Assembly (NCBI RefSeq): GCF_018350175.1
Contig: NC_058383.1
Span: 26,042,001-26,106,000 of the forward strand
From: Felis catus
Lineage: Eukaryota
DNA length: 64,000 bases
Direction of reading: 5' to 3'
Of the stretch, positions 24,531-36,109 are shown piece after piece. The position numbers and the translations under genes are program-made. The notes under the pieces are model-generated. The model had not been told where the DNA came from. It did no database searches and saw only the letters and a program-made list of their open reading frames with translations. Within the stretch, counting starts at the first letter, position 1, and each line of letters begins with the position of its first letter.

Positions 24531-25853
24531 CTGGAGAAGAAAAGAAAGAATGACAGACACTTTTGCCAATATTTTGCAGGCCCCAAATTCCAAGTGGTCT
24601 CAAAGGAACTGAGATATTCTCTTGCAAGTGGATTGTGTTCCAACAGTGTTCCTGAAAAGTTGTGTCTGGATGAATTACAGGTTCAATACATCCGAGCAAC
24701 CTGGCTGCACGTGGAATCACATGAAAGATGGAAAAAAGACTCATTCCATAGCCTGTCCTCGGATTAATTAACTAGCATCTCTGGGCATAGGGCCAAACAA
24801 TAGTATTTTTTTTTTATGTTTATGTTTTTATTTTGAGAGAGAGAGAACACTTGGAGGAGGGGCAGAGAGAGAGAATCCCAAGCAGGCTCCATATGTCCGT
24901 GCCGAGCCCAATGCCGGCCCCATCCCACGACCCTGGGATCATGACCTGAGCTGAAATCAAGAGCCAGACGTTCAACCGACTGAGCCATCCATGCACCCCT
25001 ATTTTCTTTCTATTTAATATGGAGCACTCCATTGGTAGTATAACCACATCCAGACCTATCTTCAAAAATTAAATTCCAGGGGTGCCTGGGTGGCCCAGTC
25101 GGTTAAGCGTCTGACTTCGGCTCAGGTCATGATCTCACAGTTTGTGAGTTCGAGCCCTGTGTCGGGCTCTGTGCTGACAGCTCAGAGCCTGGAGGCTGCT
25201 TTGGATTCTGTGTCTCTCCATCTCTTGGCCCTTCCCCTGCTCATATTCTGTGTCTCTCTGTTTCTCAATAATAAATAAACGTTAACAAAGAAATTTTTTA
25301 ATAAAAAAAAACACAAAAATTAAATTCCAGGAAGAGATGATGATTAAGAATCATTCAAGTATTGCCAAATATAAATGTAAAATAAAACTTGGCTGTAATA
25401 TAACTATCTCACAGACTTCTAAATCAATCTCCCATGTATTTTAAGTTTACAAAGTAAATTCCCACAAGAATACAGAATGAACATAGCATAAATTCTCATA
25501 TGGAATATACTTACCTCCAGAAACTATATCAGTTAAATTGGATAATAAAGGCTTGGAATCAAAAATTTCATAAAAGGAAAAAAAGATGTGCCCAGTGGGT
25601 AATATGAAACTCAAAGTATCTTCTTAAAATAGGATCATTTAGGGGTGCCTGGGTGGCTCAGTCAGTTAAGCATCTGACTTCAACTCAGGTCATGATCTCG
25701 TGGCTCCTGAGTTTGAGCCCCGCGTTGGGCCCTGTGCTGACAGCTCGGAGCCTGGAGCCTGCTTCAGATTCTGTCTCCCTCTCTGCCCCCCCCTGACTCA
25801 TACTCTGTTTCTCTCCCAAAAATAAACATTAAAAAAAAAAAAAAGAAAAAAAG

Positions 25854-26135
25854 AAAAATGAATGGTAATTTCAATTCCTGTTCCAGTATATCCAGCACAT
25901 CTACCTTTAACTCGAGCTTGCTGAGAACCACATCTCCACCACATACTGAAACCTGTAGATCTGCTGGCTTTAAATTCTTGATGTAACAATTCACATAGCT
26001 CATCAAAATTAGAGTCACATGTATGACTCCGGCATCTTTTCAGGTGCAGAGGAGTAAAAGACAGAAAGCCAAAGAGTACCGTGGAGTCCCCTCCACCTCA
26101 GGCATCTGGCATCCACCCCTGGCGGTGGGGCCAGA
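25854..26135 (-). pseudogene. VPS13B: VPS13B (COH1) processed-pseudogene 5' fragment: putative 5'UTR plus about 57 codons
   Basis: ATG at 26035: MPESY, a +2 frameshift, then VTLILMSYVNCYIKNLKPADLQVSVCGGDVVLSKLELKVDVLDILEQELKLPFIF, versus recalled VPS13B MLESYVTPILMSYVNRYIKNLKPSDLQLSLWGGDVVLSKLELKLDVLEQELKLPFTF; truncated by a SINE; the UTR boundary is approximate. Confidence 0.88.
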
Positions 26136-27011
26136 AATAATTGTTTTTATTTGAAAACAAAAGAACGAGGGGCGCCTGGGTGGCGCAGTCGGTTAAGCGT
26201 CCGACTTCAGCCAGGTCACAATCTCGCGGTCCGTGAGTTCGAGCCCCGCGTTGGGCTCTGGACTGATGGCTCAGAGCCTGGAGCCTGTTTCCGATTCTGT
26301 GTCTCCCTCTCTCTCTGCCCCTCCCCCGTTCATGCTCTGTCTCTCTCTGTCCCAAAAATAAATAAACGTTGAAAAAAAATTTAAAAAAAAAAGGAAACAA
26401 AAGAACGCTATCACACATATGAACAATGCCCAACCCATTTGAACATAATGCCAATCTTAGAAAGCATCACACATATAATTTTCCTAAGCATTCTCAAATC
26501 CAAATTTTCATTTTGTTTTCATGCTCTTTCTTAAAAGGGGACACAGCAGGTATTGCTTTCTTCATAAAACAGGCAGAAAAAAAAACTCACAAAAAACAAA
26601 AAATGAAAACACCTGGGACAAGATGATAGTAAGCAACTCTTAAAAATTCAAGGGCATGGGGCACCTGGGTGGCTCAGTCGGTTGAGCGTCCGACTTCGGC
26701 TCAGGTCATGATCTTGCGGTCCCTGAGTTCGAGCCCCGCGTTGGGCTCTGTGCTGACAGCTCAGAGCCTGGAGCCTGTTTCGGATTCTGTGTCTCCCTCT
26801 CTCTCTGACCCTCCCCCATTCATGCTCTTGTCTCTCTCTGTCTCAAAAATAAAAACATTAAAAAAAAAAAATTCAAGGGCAAAGTCAGGAGCATCCAGAA
26901 CACTGAGCTACACTGTAGCCGTTTGCTCTCCTGGGAAACATTCCCCAGACTATCCACATGTCTTGTTAATGACACGTTTTCTCCACCAGTTTCCCAAAGC
27001 ACTCCACTTAC

Positions 27012-27185
27012 AACACAATGAGGGTGAGGATGAAAAAGAAGTGCACACTTCCGATGAGGTTCTGGTAGATCCAAACAACCCACAGGTAGCCGGGCCTTTT
27101 ACTCAGGGTATCGATCCAGCTGTAGATGGAGTGAATGAAGAAGGGCAGACCTCGAAATGGGCCACAATCAGCTGAAGGTTTCAAT
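27012..27185 (-). CDS. TMC5: TMC5 coding exon (174 nt)
   Basis: ttttaccag| LKPSADCGPFRGLPFFIHSIYSWIDTLSKRPGYLWVVWIYQNLIGSVHFFFILTLIV |gtaagt; PS..CGPF motif of TMC proteins. Confidence 0.95.
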
Positions 27186-28499
27186 CTGGTAAAACAGGAG
27201 ACAGGAAAACATCCGTAGTGTGAGACTCTGGTATAGCTTGTTCTAAAACCAAACTGTCCTTTCTGGGCTCTGGACCTGGAACCAGCAATGCCTGCCTGAT
27301 GTACCCATACCCTCCCTCCCAAGGAAGCTCTCTTCCTCACGGCCTCAACAGGTATGTTTTGTCCGTGTGACCCCACTGAGGCTCAGCTCCCAGACAGGGT
27401 TATATCATCTGATCTAATGGTAGCCGATCCCAAGAGTGGCAGTGAACTTTGTGGTATCCTGGCTTGAATAAATGAACTGGGTGATCAGATTCTTTTTCTT
27501 GGGAACTTGAACTAAGACATATGAAGAAGGGACCCTGCAATCTATGGAAGGTGAGGTTGTGGCAATGAGGGCCACATGCAGTCAGTTGTTATGAATTAGC
27601 AGAAACTAGCAGGAAACTAAGAACTGGTTAGGAAGAGAGAGAAAAGAGAGAAGCAAAGACATCATAAAACAGAGTAGCCTGCCCTGAAGCCACTTGAGTT
27701 CCTGATGGTTCCAGTTCCATCTGTATCCTAACAATCAACTCCTGGGGCACCTGCGTGGTTCAGTCGGTTAAGTGTCCAACTTTGGCTCATGTCATGATCT
27801 CGCGGTTCGTGAGTTCAAACCCCACATCCGGCTCTGCACTGACAGTCTGCCTGGGATTCTCTCTCTCTCTCTCTCTGACCTTCCCCCCACTTGCTCTCTC
27901 AAAATAAATAAACTTAAAAAAAATCAACTCTTTTGTTTGTTTGCTTCATTCATTCATTCTATAAAAGCTTATTTCACCTGTTCCAAGTGCTGTGCTAGAT
28001 ACTAAGCCCTTGGGGATTCCATAGCAACAAGACAGACATGGTCTCTGTCCTCCCAGGTTTACATTTTAGTAAGAAAAATGGACAACTAATGAGCTAATGA
28101 TTAAACAAAGATTCAAGCGAAGGCATTTCTGACTGTGAACGGTGGAGTGAAGAAAAGAAAGTGCCCCTAGAGGGAGAAGAGGTGGGAAAGACAGTAGGCA
28201 AGCGTGGTCATGAAGGTTAGATCTTGAGGATGACTTCTGAGCTGAGACCCAGAGTGGGGGACAGAAGGCCACCAGGCAGAGGGAGTGGGGAGAACACACA
28301 CAGGACTCCACCTTGTGTTGGGAGAGGCTCACAGGGTCCCAGGAATGGAGCAAGAGTCATGAGGATGAAGGAAGGGTGGAGCCAACATGGGGTGAGGTTG
28401 AAGAGCAAGGAGGGAACCAGCTCAGACAGGGCATTTCGGTTCATTTAGTGGAAGTTTAGTCCCCATTCTGGGAAACTGCAGGCCTCTAGGAAGTGAGGA

Positions 28500-29350
28500 A
28501 GTCCTGCCATCACCTGGTGGGTGATGACCAAACTAAGACACATTTGCTCCTTTGGCTGTTGTGTCTGCTGGTTACCAAGGGGACTTGGGTTCAATACTGT
28601 ATTAAGCACGTCTTCTTACTCTGATGTTTTGACATCTGGGGCCTTACAGACCCTGGAGAGATAGCCCCTCCCGGGAGCTCCCCTACATGGTATGTCTTTT
28701 CCATGCAAAACAACCAACCCAGAGCCCACACCCCACCCTCCACCTCCTCCATCAGGCTCTCACACTCAGGGTCACTCTCCCCCTGCCCTGATCCCCACAG
28801 GGCCAGGTAACCAGATAAATCCAGACAGCCCCCAAAGCCACTGAAATTGTTCAAACGAGCCAATCCTAAACCTGCCTATCCTCCCTCGTCCTTTCCTTCC
28901 CAGGGAAACCACAATAAAGGTTCTTTTTTTTTTTTTTTTAATTATTTTTTAGTGTTTATTTATTATTGAGAGACAGAGCATGAACATGGGAGGGGCAGAG
29001 AGAGGAGGAGTCACAGAATCCAAAGAAGGTTCCAGGCTCTGAGCTGTCAGCACAGAGCCCCACGCGGGGCTCAAACTCACAAACTGAGAGATCATGACCT
29101 GAGCTGAAGTCAGACGCTTAACCGAAGGAGCCATCCAGGTGCCCCAACCACAATAAAGGTTCTTGCCCACACTTTCTCCTCACTCCCGCTGTGTCCTGAC
29201 CAACCCTGGGATTCCCTCATGTGGCCCCCTGTGGTGTGGCATCCCCACCCCCACTACCACTTCTACTGGGATCTGAGCAAAATAAATCATCTTTCCAATG
29301 ACATTCATCTCCTGATCTGCTGGCCTCACCAAACCTTAATAATAATAAAA
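28500..29350 (+). mobile_element. ERV-type solo LTR (MER21-like), split by a minus-strand SINE at about 28925-29145
   Basis: LTR-like sequence with an AATAAA region; SINE duplication aaccacaataaaggttctt; family assignment tentative. Confidence 0.5.
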
Positions 29351-29532
29351 CCTACATTTTACTTATTTATTTTAGAGTAGGCTACACACCCAATGTGGGG
29401 CTTGAACTCATGACCCTGAGATCAAGAGTCTGATGTTCTACCGACTGAGCCACCCAGGTGTCCCAAAACCTACATTTTAAAACACTCACTCACCCCATCT
29501 CTAAGACCTCTCCACAAGCCACGGTTTCCTAC

Positions 29533-29666
29533 CTCCAGATGGTGATGGCCAGGGTGCACAGGACCCCGGTGAAGGATGGGAAAAAGAGCAAGAAGATGAA
29601 GAAAGTCATCATCTGTGAGGCTCGCCAGGCTTTGCTCGGAGGCTGGAAATTCATCATCAGGCTGAT
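29533..29666 (-). CDS. TMC5: TMC5 coding exon (134 nt)
   Basis: gtcttcag| ISLMMNFQPPSKAWRASQMMTFFIFLLFFPSFTGVLCTLAITIW |gtagga. Confidence 0.95.
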
Positions 29667-29853
29667 CTGAAGACAGAGAAGCAGACACCTCCCATCTGTG
29701 GCCAGAGGGACAGGCCAGAGGGACCCCAGCCAGGCAGTGGCTTCCCGATAACCCTTCCCAGCACCCCTCCCCACTGCCCCCCGACTCAGTTCCAACCACG
29801 GGGCCACATGGGACTGGGAGAAGCTAATTCGTTCCACCTTCAGGCTGACTCAC

Positions 29854-29929
29854 GTTTTTGACATAAAACATGATGAAAAGAGAAATCATTTGGATAAAGG
29901 GCAGCAGAGGGCAGAAGAAGGTTCCAATC
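29854..29929 (-). CDS. TMC5: TMC5 coding exon (76 nt), TMC domain
   Basis: ccctcatag| (W)IGTFFCPLLPFIQMISLFIMFYVKN |gtgagt. Confidence 0.94.
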
Positions 29930-30032
29930 CTATGAGGGAAAAAGGGTGAATGTCAAAAGTCAGGGGAAACATGAAGACAGAATGTGGTGGGGGGAGGGCA
30001 GGTACAGGGGATGTGGAGGGAAGGGAAAGAGG

Positions 30033-30413
30033 GTGTTACAGGCTGAACTGTGCTTCTCCAAAACGCGTATGTTGGAGTCCTAGTACCCCTAGTACCGCAG
30101 ACTGTGACTATTTGGAGAAGGGGTCTTTAAAGAGGTAATTAAAGTAAAAGGAGGTCCCTAGGGTGGGCCCTAATGCAATATAACTGGTGTCCTTAAAAGA
30201 AGAGATTAGGACCCAGATACACACAGAGGGACCATGTGAAGACTGTGGAAGCAGGTGCCATCCCACAGGCCGAGGACAGAGGTCTCAGAAGGAACCAACT
30301 ACGAACACCTTGATCTTGGACCTCTAGCCGCCAGAACTGTGAGAAAATAAATTTCTGTCGTTTCAGCCACCCAGTCTGTGGTATTTGTTATGGACGCTCT
30401 AGCAGACTAATAC
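30033..30413 (+). mobile_element. MaLR solo LTR (MLT1-like)
   Basis: tgttacaggctgaactgtg ... ccagaactgtgagaaaataaatttctg ... gtggtatttgttatg ... gactaataca; TG...CA termini. Confidence 0.85.
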
Positions 30414-30864
30414 AGAGGGAGCGTGCTCTATGGCTGTAGACCAGGAGCGTTCCCACCACACCCAGTATACCTGGCTGCTCCCTTCCCAGCTTTGGAAAAG
30501 AGAGTTTGCAGAAAGCACCACCCACACACCACCAAATGGTCTTCAGCAAGCCCTAACCTAGGTGTCCCGAATGCAGGACATGTCCTCCTGCTTCCTCCAT
30601 GGCATTCAAGAAGGTCTGAGGTCCCGCAGGGAGAGGCATTAAACTGCACTGAGTTACAGATGGGAAGGGCATTGTCTCTCAATTCTCCCCAATGCTCCTG
30701 AGTGCCGAGAGAAGAAAATCTCACTTTGGTGGTCCTAACACTTGCCAACCTCCCTTTGTTCCCAAAAGAAAGGTGGGAGGGGGGAGGTAAAGCTTTAAAC
30801 TGAGAGACTTGGCAGACGGGAGCATCCAGCTAGAATTTAATGACTGTTGGTGATTGGCTTGGTT

Positions 30865-32194
30865 TTATTTTATTTTATTTTTCTTATTTTGTTAAAGTTT
30901 ATTTATTTATTTTGAGAGAGACAGAGACAGCTTGAGTGGGGAAGGGACAGAGAGAGAGAGAGAGAGAATCCCCAGCAGGCTCCATGATGCTGCCAGAGCA
31001 AAGCCCCATGCAGGAATGAACCCTTGGAACCATGAGATCATGACCTGAGCTGAAACCAAGAGTCAGAGACTCAACCAACTGAGCCACCCAGGCGCCCCTT
31101 ATTTTATTTTTCTAAAGTGACTGACATTTTTCTTTTTTTTTAACAATTTTTTTTTAATGTTTTTATTTATTTTTGAGACAGAGAGAGAGCATGAACAGGG
31201 GAAGGGCAGAGAGAGAGGGAGACACAGAATCCGAAGTGGCTCCAGGCTCTGAGCTGTCAGCACAGAGGCTGATGCAGGGCTCGAACTCACGAACCGCAAG
31301 ACCATGACCTGAGCCGAAGTCGGACGCGTAACCAACTGAGCCACCCAGGTGCCCCGACATTTTTCTTTAAGTAATCTCTACACCCAAGATGGGCCTCAAA
31401 CTCACGACCCCAAGATCAAGAGAGATCAAGAGTCAGATGCTCTACCAACTGAGCCACCCAGGTGCCCTGGGTTTTATTTTTTAAGTTACTTGCAGTTTCT
31501 CTCAAATGACTCTGATTTTCCATTCTGGTGGTAAAATAAAGACTCCTTTAAAAATGTATTTAGGGGCACCTGGGTGGCTCGGTCAGTTAAGCATCTAACT
31601 CTTAATTTCAGCTCAGGTTATGATCGCACGGTTTATAGGTTCGAGCCCCACACCAGGCTCTGTGCCGACAGCGTGGAGCCTGCTTGGGATTCTTCCTCTC
31701 TCTCCGCTCCTCCCCTGTGTGCTCTCTACCTCTCTCCCTCAAAAATAAATAAATAACCATTAAAAAAATAAAAATAAAAAATAAAACATTTTTAAAAAGG
31801 CAAACTATATAAAAGATAATACTAAGTAAAAACCAGTACCGGTGATATGTAGATAAGCCAAAAAGTAGGCAGGCTGGTGTGCAAAAGGCTGAAGTTTGGG
31901 ACACACTTACCTCACCTCATCTCTACCATTGTCCCTAACATACATTGCCTTTCTGTCACCCTGTTATCTTCTTTTATTTTTTACATTTTTTTTTAACATT
32001 TTATTTATTTTTGAGACAGGGAGAGACAGAGCATGAACAGGGGAGGGTCAGAGAGAGGGAGACACAGAATCCAAAACAGGCTCCAAGCTCTGAGCCGTCA
32101 GCACAGAGCCGACGTGGGGCTCAAACTCACAGACCGAGAGATCATGGCCTGAGCAGAAGTCGGCCGCCCAACCGACTGAGCCACCCAGGCGCCC
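30865..32194. mobile_element. CAN-SINE cluster: - 30865-31098, - 31130-31355, - 31360-31468, + 31563-31790, - 31975-32194
   Basis: Five SINE heads with associated tails. Confidence 0.9.
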
Positions 32195-32569
32195 CTGTTA
32201 TCTTCTTTTAAAGCTCATCATCAAAGGCAACATTCTCCTAAAACCCACAGAAGTTAAATCTATAATTTCCATGGAGAAAAGAAAAGACACATGTGTTTTC
32301 AATTGTGCTTATTTGCAATTTATTAACACAAACCATAAAGACCCAGAAGTAATAATGGCCATCTCTGATTGCAACTTTTTCCCCCTTGCTGCTAACATTT
32401 CCCTTTGGAACCTTCATTAATGGTCAATAGTATGAGGGCTTGGTTTCTAGGGCTCAAAAACCTGGCCAAAGTAAGCACTCAATAAATGGAGCCATATTGT
32501 TATTACCACATCAGCTGATTTATGCACAACATTTATTAAAAAACAAAAAACTTAAGAGTGCTCATAAGT

Positions 32570-33335
32570 ACAGTATAATCCAGCAATTCTACTTCTGGGT
32601 ATATATCCAAAAGAACTGAGGGGCGCCTGGGTGGCTCAGTCAGTTAAGCATCTGACTTTGGCTTAGGTCATGATCTTGTGGTTTACGAGTTCGAGCCCCA
32701 CGTTGGGATCTGTGCTGACAGCTCACAGCCTGGAGCCTGCTTTGGATTCTGTGTCTCCCTCTCTCTCTGCCCCTTCCCCACTGGCACTCTGTCTCTGTCT
32801 CTAAAAAATAAGCGTAAAAAAAAAGAATTGAAAGCAGGGTCTCAGAGAGATATTTGCACACCCATAATCATAGCTGCATTATTCACAATAACCAAGAGGT
32901 AGAAGCAACCCAAATGTCCACCCATGGGTGAATGGATAAACGTGATATATCCATACAGCAGAATATTATTCAGCCCTGCAAAGGAAGGAAGTGCTGACAC
33001 ATGCTACAATATGTATGAACCTGAAGAACATTATGCTAAATGAAATAAGCCAATCACAAAAAGATAAATTGTGTGTGATTCCACTCACATAAAGTATCTA
33101 GAGTAGTCAAACTCCGAAAGACAGAAAATGGAATGCTGGTTGCTAGCGGGGTAGGGGAAGGAAGAAATGGGGAGTTCTTGTTTAATGGGTATGGAGTTTC
33201 AGTTTTGCAAGATGAAAAGAGTTCTGGAGATCTGTGGCACAGCTATGTGAATGTATTCAACACTACTGAACCATACATTTAAAAATGGTTAAGATGATAA
33301 ATATTATATTATGTATATTCCTACCACAATTTTTA
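32570..33335 (+). mobile_element. L1 (L1MB-like) 3' end with a SINE inserted at 32619-32825
   Basis: ccagcaattctacttctgggtatatatccaaaagaa, caacccaaatgtcca..gaatggataaa, ctaaatgaaataagccaatcacaaaaaga and atttaaaaatggttaagatg. Confidence 0.85.
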
Positions 33336-33421
33336 AAAGGTGCTCATAAGGGTGACAAACAGCCACAATATCCCCACTTAGAAAATATTTCTGAGTCAGT
33401 CTGAAGATTCTCAAAACTTAC

Positions 33422-33517
33422 CACACCAGAGTTTGTGCATAGATCAGTTCTAGGACGTTCCTGGCGATGTCAAACTCCTGTAAACCAAGGCTCGTTGGAA
33501 ACTGCATTCCAATGAGT
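33422..33517 (-). CDS. TMC5: TMC5 coding exon (96 nt), TMC domain
   Basis: ttttcacag| LIGMQFPTSLGLQEFDIARNVLELIYAQTLV |gtaagt; EFDI..NVL signature. Confidence 0.95.
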
Positions 33518-33758
33518 CTGTGAAAACATCGCTGAGTTTAGTGCCCCAACCATCAACCCTCTCCTTCAGAAGATTCCCCACAATCAACAAAGTAGAGCAT
33601 CACCAGTTTGGAATAAAGTCATAAGTCCTTTTGCAAATTTTTGAAAAGTTCCAAGTGTAAGTGTATTTTTGAAGAAATAATTGAAGGAATTGAGGGAAAA
33701 TGGAACTATCACAGTGCATTCGAGCAGAGGTACTGCTGAAGTGGTTTACAAAATTCTA

Positions 33759-33990
33759 GGGCCACTTGGGTGGCTCAGTTGGTTGAACGTTTGACTCTTG
33801 ATTTCGGCTCACATCATGATCTCACAGTTTGTGAGTAAGAGCCTGGTGTCGGGGTCTGTGCTGACAGTGCAGAGCCTGCTTGGGATTCTCATTCTCTCTC
33901 GCGCGCGCGCGCGCTCTCTCCCTGCCCCTTCCCTGCTTGCGTGCGGGCTCTCTCTCTTTCCCAAAATAAATAAAGATTTTTTAAAAAATT
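33759..33990 (+). mobile_element. CAN-SINE containing a (CG)7 run
   Basis: SINE structure; duplication aaaattctag. Confidence 0.9.
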
Positions 33991-35181
33991 CTAGAGACCA
34001 TTATTTAAGTTATCCCATATATTATTTAAATAGATAGTTAACTATAACTTAACAATAGATATTATATAAATGAGATCATTATTAAAGTTATCCTACCTAT
34101 TATCACTCTTTGCTTGTTAAACCTGTTTTTTCAGGACCAGGTAACTCAGCATTTCCTAACCCCCCTAAATGGAAAAGTTTCCCATGTTTGGTTACTGCTA
34201 TCAGATTAATAGGGTTTCCCCATTTTCTAAATCCACAAGAGGAATCCAAGATCTCCATTTATCCTGAGGAAACTTGAGACAGAGAGGATGCTAATAATAA
34301 AAAGAAAAAAATGCTGTCAAAGATACAAAAACAAAACAAAAAACCTCCTAACCTTTACATCTAGACCTTGGACAGAGGCTGTAATAAAAGAGAGTTTGGG
34401 CAGACTGAGTGTAGAAATAGGGCACGCAACCTACCCCCTGAGGAAAGAATCATTATTTTGTTATGCTATCTTATCACTGGGGCAGCCTACAGAAATATGT
34501 ACATGTCTATAAGGAATGAGATGCTCATCATATTATTAACACATAAATGAACAGATCAATAGAAGAGGACTATACATGGGCCAATGATAACACTGTCTCA
34601 GTTCTGTACACCTGGTGTCTAAAATCACAATTAGCACATGAATCAAAGTCAATTAAATGGATCATGAGATAAATCTATAGGTGTCGTCATAGAAAGATGC
34701 CACAGCGTAATGTTAAAAAGAATACGGGCAAAGTCCACAATGATTTTCAGCATGACCCAATTTTTATCTTTGAAACTATATAATACAGTCACACACACAA
34801 AGCAGTATGTGCACAGAACAATCTGGAAGAATATACACTACAATTAAAATGATCTGTGGTGGAAAGTTCTCAAAGACTTTCACTTTCTATGTTTTGCATC
34901 CAGTAATGTCTTTATCTCAAGAGAAGTTTGTAAAGGGTTAGCTGAATGAACTTGGACAACAGGACTGTCAGGTCAAAGTGAAATTTTGGTTAATTTCAGA
35001 AGCAAGCAACGTCCCAAAGAACAACAGGCAGACTTGTCACAGTGCATACTTGAAATAAATAAGGGACGCCTATGTGCTAACTATAGTAAGCGTAAGGGAT
35101 ACCCATACTTCCGGCTCAGCCAAGACTCTGGCTCTGGCTCCAACATCAGGTACTAATGACTCAAGGCTGATAAATATTTAC

Positions 35182-35279
35182 CTCCTCAGGAATTCCCCCA
35201 GTAAGGAATCAGCTAAAGAGAACACAAAATCCATCAGAAGGAGCCGGTAGATTTCCTGGCCAATGAGAGTTTCCCAACA
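35182..35279 (-). CDS. TMC5: TMC5 coding exon (98 nt), TMC signature
   Basis: ccttacag| [32 protein letters not shown] |gtaaat; CWET.xGQE signature. Confidence 0.96.
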
Positions 35280-35854
35280 CTGTAAGGTAAACAAGAGTCA
35301 GGATGTGGGAAGGGGCTGTTGGTTCTGCCCAGTGCCCTTCTGGCACCCTACACTCATTAGGACACGGTTGCTGGCCAATGTGACTGGGTCCTTGTACATC
35401 CAGAAAAGCAGACCACTCTGGGCAGGGACGCACCATTAATTTGTTGAGTTTGTTTTCAAGGGTGTTTATTCCCTTTCTGTGTTGCTTTTTCCCCATTAAA
35501 GCTTGCCCTCCACGTGCACCCCAAACTTTTCCTTCTCACTACCTCTCCTCTTAAAACTTTTCATCCCTGTCCTATGCCCTCTGGATCCCATTTCTCAGCC
35601 AGGGCTAGCAGAAGGCATCAATGGCAACAATGCCTTTACTCTTTGTTTATTAACCTTATGAAAATCCGTTAATACTTACTTGACTAAGAAAGTGGCTTAG
35701 AGGTTTAGCAGGCTGGCACAAATTGGAAGGCTGACTTAGTTCATGAAACTGGTGATCAATTACCTCTGCAGGAAGTCAGTGCTATGAACTGATGGACTGG
35801 GAGCTTTTACGTTTGGTTGAACGAGGAGAGGGATGTTTTGAGTGCACAGCCCAA

Positions 35855-35905
35855 GGATGGATGGATGGATGGATGGATGGATGGATGGGTGGATGGATGG
35901 ATGGA
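35855..35905. repeat. (GGAT)n microsatellite
   Basis: Directly visible. Confidence 0.95.
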
Positions 35906-36030
35906 AGGAAGAATATTATATCAACTCTAAGATCATGAGTAGAAATTCTGAGAAACCAGAGAAATTCACTTCCTCCCTGTATTCAAAGGTTAAGAAAAAA
36001 ACTCAAGGCAGAACAGCACAGAAATCTCAC

Positions 36031-36109
36031 CTCTTCACCAGCCTGGGCCACAATGTTGAGCCAATAGTAACAAAGAATTCCAATGATTGATATTTTCAGA
36101 AAGATGTTT
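36031..36109 (-). CDS. TMC5: TMC5 coding exon (79 nt)
   Basis: gttatttag| [26 protein letters not shown] |gtgaga. Confidence 0.94.

Larger units (their letters stand above)
24173..26870. mobile_element. CAN-SINE cluster: + 24173-24410, - 24805-24999, + 25079-25320, + 25642-25853, young + 26169-26392, + 26658-26870
   Basis: Six separate heads, CT tracts and A tails; the span also contains one TMC5 exon and the VPS13B fragment. Confidence 0.9.

Noticed and set aside
25000..25065. Peptide KIGLDVVILPMECSILNRKK resembling VPS13B KLGSEPVVITINTMECILK
   Set aside because: It needs several gaps and matches far more weakly than the real fragment at 25854-26035; probably chance unless BLAST shows otherwise
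24790..26146. gggccaaacaatagta versus gggccagaaataatt as a possible target-site duplication of the VPS13B insert
   Set aside because: Only a partial gapped match in AT-rich sequence, and the adjacent T run is explained by a SINE tail
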